This document shows, piece by piece, positions 60,343-64,000 of a DNA stretch of 64,000 nucleotides. Made by a program: the position numbers and the translations under genes. Positions within the stretch are counted from its first letter, which is position 1; each line of letters begins with the position of its first letter. A model generated the notes under the pieces. The model worked only from the letters and a program-made list of their open reading frames with translations, did no database searches and was not told the DNA's origin. The DNA comes from Styela clava (Eukaryota), in contig NC_135258.1 of the NCBI RefSeq assembly GCF_964204865.1, positions 13,206,001-13,270,000 of the forward strand, given 5' to 3'.

Positions 60343-63300
60343 GTGAGTCTTTTATTTTTTTTATTTTTTAAATATTCCAGTAATGTGTATTTGTTAGTAT
60401 CATATATGCAGAAATCAAATTAGAGAATATATATCATATATATATATATATTGCTTTTATATTGTTTGTACTTCTGCTTAATTTTTAATGCTAGACCGCA
60501 TCTTTCTGAGTGTTTCGAATTAAGTTGAGATAGTCTGGTCTTATTCTTTCCCCATGCTTGTCTGTATATAAAAATTATATATTATAGAGATCTTTTCTGG
60601 TTGTGTGACAGAAGTGTTTCTGTCCTAAATAGTCATAAAGTTCACAAGCTATTCGAGACAAACTGTAATAAAAAAAGATCAATAAGCAGAATCAATAGAT
60701 TTTTAATGAAATAGTCTAGTAGGTTCTCAGAAGCAATTTTTTGAAGTTTTTGGCTATGTCGATGTCTGACAACAAATATACTCTTTTGATGAATGATAAT
60801 ACATATTTGAAATACCTTTACGAGAATATACCTTAGTCATGGCGGAAATGGATATCAATCATATTCATTTTTATGATGTGACTAGGCTGAATTGTTATTA
60901 ACTTACACTGCCTCTACAACTACCGGTAATCATTTCGCTGTGACTCTTATAATGCAGTCTTCAAGATCTGGCGGTTGTAATTTTGCCCCAATTATGCGGT
61001 TTCTTATTTTCATAAAATCACATTGAAATTCCAAGAATAAAATATAAATTACAATGTTTAGAATACACTATTCTTAACATTTTGAATTTCATACTGTTAG
61101 ATCTTGTGAATGCTTATTGGCAACAATCCTTAACTGTCTACTGTCTTAAAGTCATTGTCTTTACTTGATTACGAAACTAATTTCTGTCGAATGAGGAAAT
61201 CATATATTTCATACATCCTAATTATGGGCTATGCATAGACAGTGTCCTTAAGGCATGATTTTATTTGGCCTATGCGGCGCCAGATTCAGCAGAATATCTA
61301 TATTACATCATGGTCGCCATATTGCAACCGAGTGCCCTAATCAATAATCCTTGTATTGAAACATTGTGCTGTCACTCTGCTTGTTTTCTCACTGTTTTTG
61401 AAGCCATATTTCATAGTTGAGATGTTTGTATCTGTCATTGACTTGAATTCGGCATATGATACCACCATTGCTATTATCTGTTCAACAGTTGCTTGTTTCA
61501 CGTCTTGTCTTGTTAGAAATGATGGATCATGTTGAATTGTCACTATTGCGCAATAAATTAAACAGTTGATTCATTTCTAAATAGGTTGTTCTATGTTCAA
61601 CTCTCCTTATTGATACAGTGGTATTCTAAATACGATGTCAACAATGATGTCTTAATTTCTTTGATATGGTTGTTTTTATCTGCTTGGGAATAAAATGGTA
61701 TAAGGATGAACCTTAGTTCTCAAGAATAATACCTAACTTTGCATACAATAAGGTTGTTTGTTTTGGAAATGAATATATACCCAAAAATGTGAATTGTTAG
61801 CATATGTTTGTTCATTATTTCTTCATATCAAAAAACAAATATGCCAATATAAAAGATTGTAGCATTTGTTTCAGCATCATGCACTGTCATTCTATCTGTA
61901 TGGTAATTCAAAAAGAGCTGATTTTGGTGTAATATATGTCTGTTCTGATAAGACTATTTCACTATTTTTATGTTCACTTCTTTCTTTTCTTGATAAGCTT
62001 CCATAGTGAAACTACTTCATCGGTATCTCAATTCTCACGATCATGTGCTTCCATGTGTGAAATGTTCGCTTGCCAAACAATTTGATTACCTAGGTGAATT
62101 TCTATGTAATAGTTGGAAGTATTTTGTGGTTTCGATTACTTCTAGTTGATCTTGTACAGGCCTTTTCAAACCTAATGGATGTAACTACCTGTGTGTATTG
62201 TGTCATCACAATTAGGAGTGGCCTTATTTCGGTGGTTTCTTTTTGGGTGCTAAGTTGTTCAATGGGTAATTATTCCTGTTATTCACAAGAATTTCACATG
62301 CATTCATATTTTTTGAGGTATATATTACCAAGTTTTAAAACTTAGTCGATCGCTGAATATTCTTGATTTCATGTTAATTTCCTCTTTTAAATTCTGTCCT
62401 GTGTGTTCTGGTTAATTTTTCCTCATTAATGTGGCATGACAAAGGGTTATGTATTTTTATCTTATCATATCACATGATCTGTTTAAAAATCATAGATCAG
62501 CATTACCTAATCTGTTTTTCTACATTTCTGCTGACTCATAATTTCACATAAGCTAACATAAAATTTACTGTTCCGCATTCCTATCATTTTGCACAATGCA
62601 TACATTATGTCATGTGTATCAAACCATTATGATATCATAGTTAATGATTATTTTAATGCATCGCAGGAACAGCTATCACCATTAACAAATGCTTATTTGC
62701 TCTTAATACCTTTTTTGACATAGAAAAACACTGATTGCTAGGGCAAAATTTATCTTGGATGTGTAAATTGTAGATGACTCATTGTTCATTATAAGTTTAT
62801 GTACCCTCAAGCATTATTAATATGCCATATAATTGCATTTGCCTTATTGCATAGGTCTCGTAATAAAGCAAAATTGTATGACATATTGATCTCTTTACAG
62901 TTGAGTGTGAAATAGTCATGTGAATACGATTTATTACAATTTACATGACTATACTACCATGTTAAGATTTGCTGATGCCTACCTAATATTGCTTAGCTTA
63001 CAAGATAGTAATGTTGTTGTGTGTATTAGTCATACACAGTATGTATATATTTCAACATCATCCATCAAATTGTCTCATAAAAAGCTTTGTCCTGCATTTG
63101 TTTTTCATTATAAAAATCGGTCATTTTGTGATAATCATTGATAAATGGTCAATGGTCATGTTTATTATATTTTTAAACATCACATGGTATTAAAATAAAG
63201 TGGATTAAATTCGTCCGCCGACCGTCCTATCCAAATTTCTGTCAGACGTTAATTCATTCAGTCCCAACAGGAAGAATTCTTAATGATGACGTCATCCACC

Positions 63301-64000
63301 TCTCTAATGTATTGACCATCTCCCTATGGTTAGACAGCTGCTGTTAGCTGTATGTAGGTGTTTTCTCAGACAACGTGTGCCATTATGGTTAACCAATACA
63401 GTACAACGTATCCCCATAGGACGCTACATTGGCCTACGACGACGCAAGCACAGTTTTTTGTCCGTTATGGATTTGAAGCCATTCTCAGGTAGTTTAATGT
63501 TTTATATTTATAGCAAGGTCCATTTAAAAGATATTGTCGTTTTTACAATAAATCATTCGCAAGTGTTTAATAAATGTGTTGCTTATAAAACGTCGCTCCA
63601 TAATCGTCCAAATATAACAATATACAATAAGTTTTAAGCATCTGCATAAGAGGAAAAACTAGCATGCAATCATGTGTGGCCCACCTGGAGACCCAGGCGC
63701 TTTAAAAAAAAATTTGTTATTTCCACAATTGTAGCTATATCACGCTTAAATTCATTACGTTTACACTCAATCTTGTTCGTATGTAATTCCTTAAATGTTT
63801 TTGTTTTGTCAGCCCAAATTATTTGTATACGTTTATATTATATCATTTGGGAATGTATTTAAACATGTAAAATTGAAAATGGGTTTACGTTTCGGATTGC
63901 TCAAATTTTCGTTCCATTGAATTTGGTCGCGCATCGACTATGTGTTATCATGCAACCTTTGATTCGAATTTTCTCTGCCTTACATCAATACGCTTTCAAC

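Noticed and set aside
61270-61300. CAGATTCAGCAGAAT resembling part of the mammalian CPEB3 HDV-like ribozyme
   Set aside because: Short antisense match only. I could not form the nested double-pseudoknot pairings; an RNA-motif search would settle it.

Overview
AT-rich (roughly one-third GC by eye) animal genomic DNA with many short GT-AG introns. Gene content and intron style suggest an invertebrate chordate, possibly an ascidian (inference, not shown by the sequence). In order: a Sulfotransfer_4-type gene (-) and its decayed tandem copy, which has collected nested transposons, a SINE and an intronless SmG (SNRPG) pseudogene; a small single-exon CENP-W-like histone-fold ORF; CTU2; GK5; a decayed C-type-lectin-like remnant; a young 5'-truncated L1/Tx1-type retrotransposon just upstream of the HELQ start codon; HELQ; an unrecognised 4-exon, 217-aa orphan gene; a peroxisomal hydroxyacid oxidase (-) with altered active-site residues; ZNF143/Staf; and the 5' part of a CPEB2/3/4 (Orb2-like) gene with a long Q/N-rich N-terminus. 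I see no evidence of a wholly new multi-gene system. The best leads are the CENP-W ORF (possible CENP-W-CTU2 operon), the orphan gene, the divergent HAO active site, the HELQ-proximal L1 with its odd 5' junction, and recurring palindromic 8-mer micro-insertions. All family assignments come from recalled motifs and manual translation; no searches were run.
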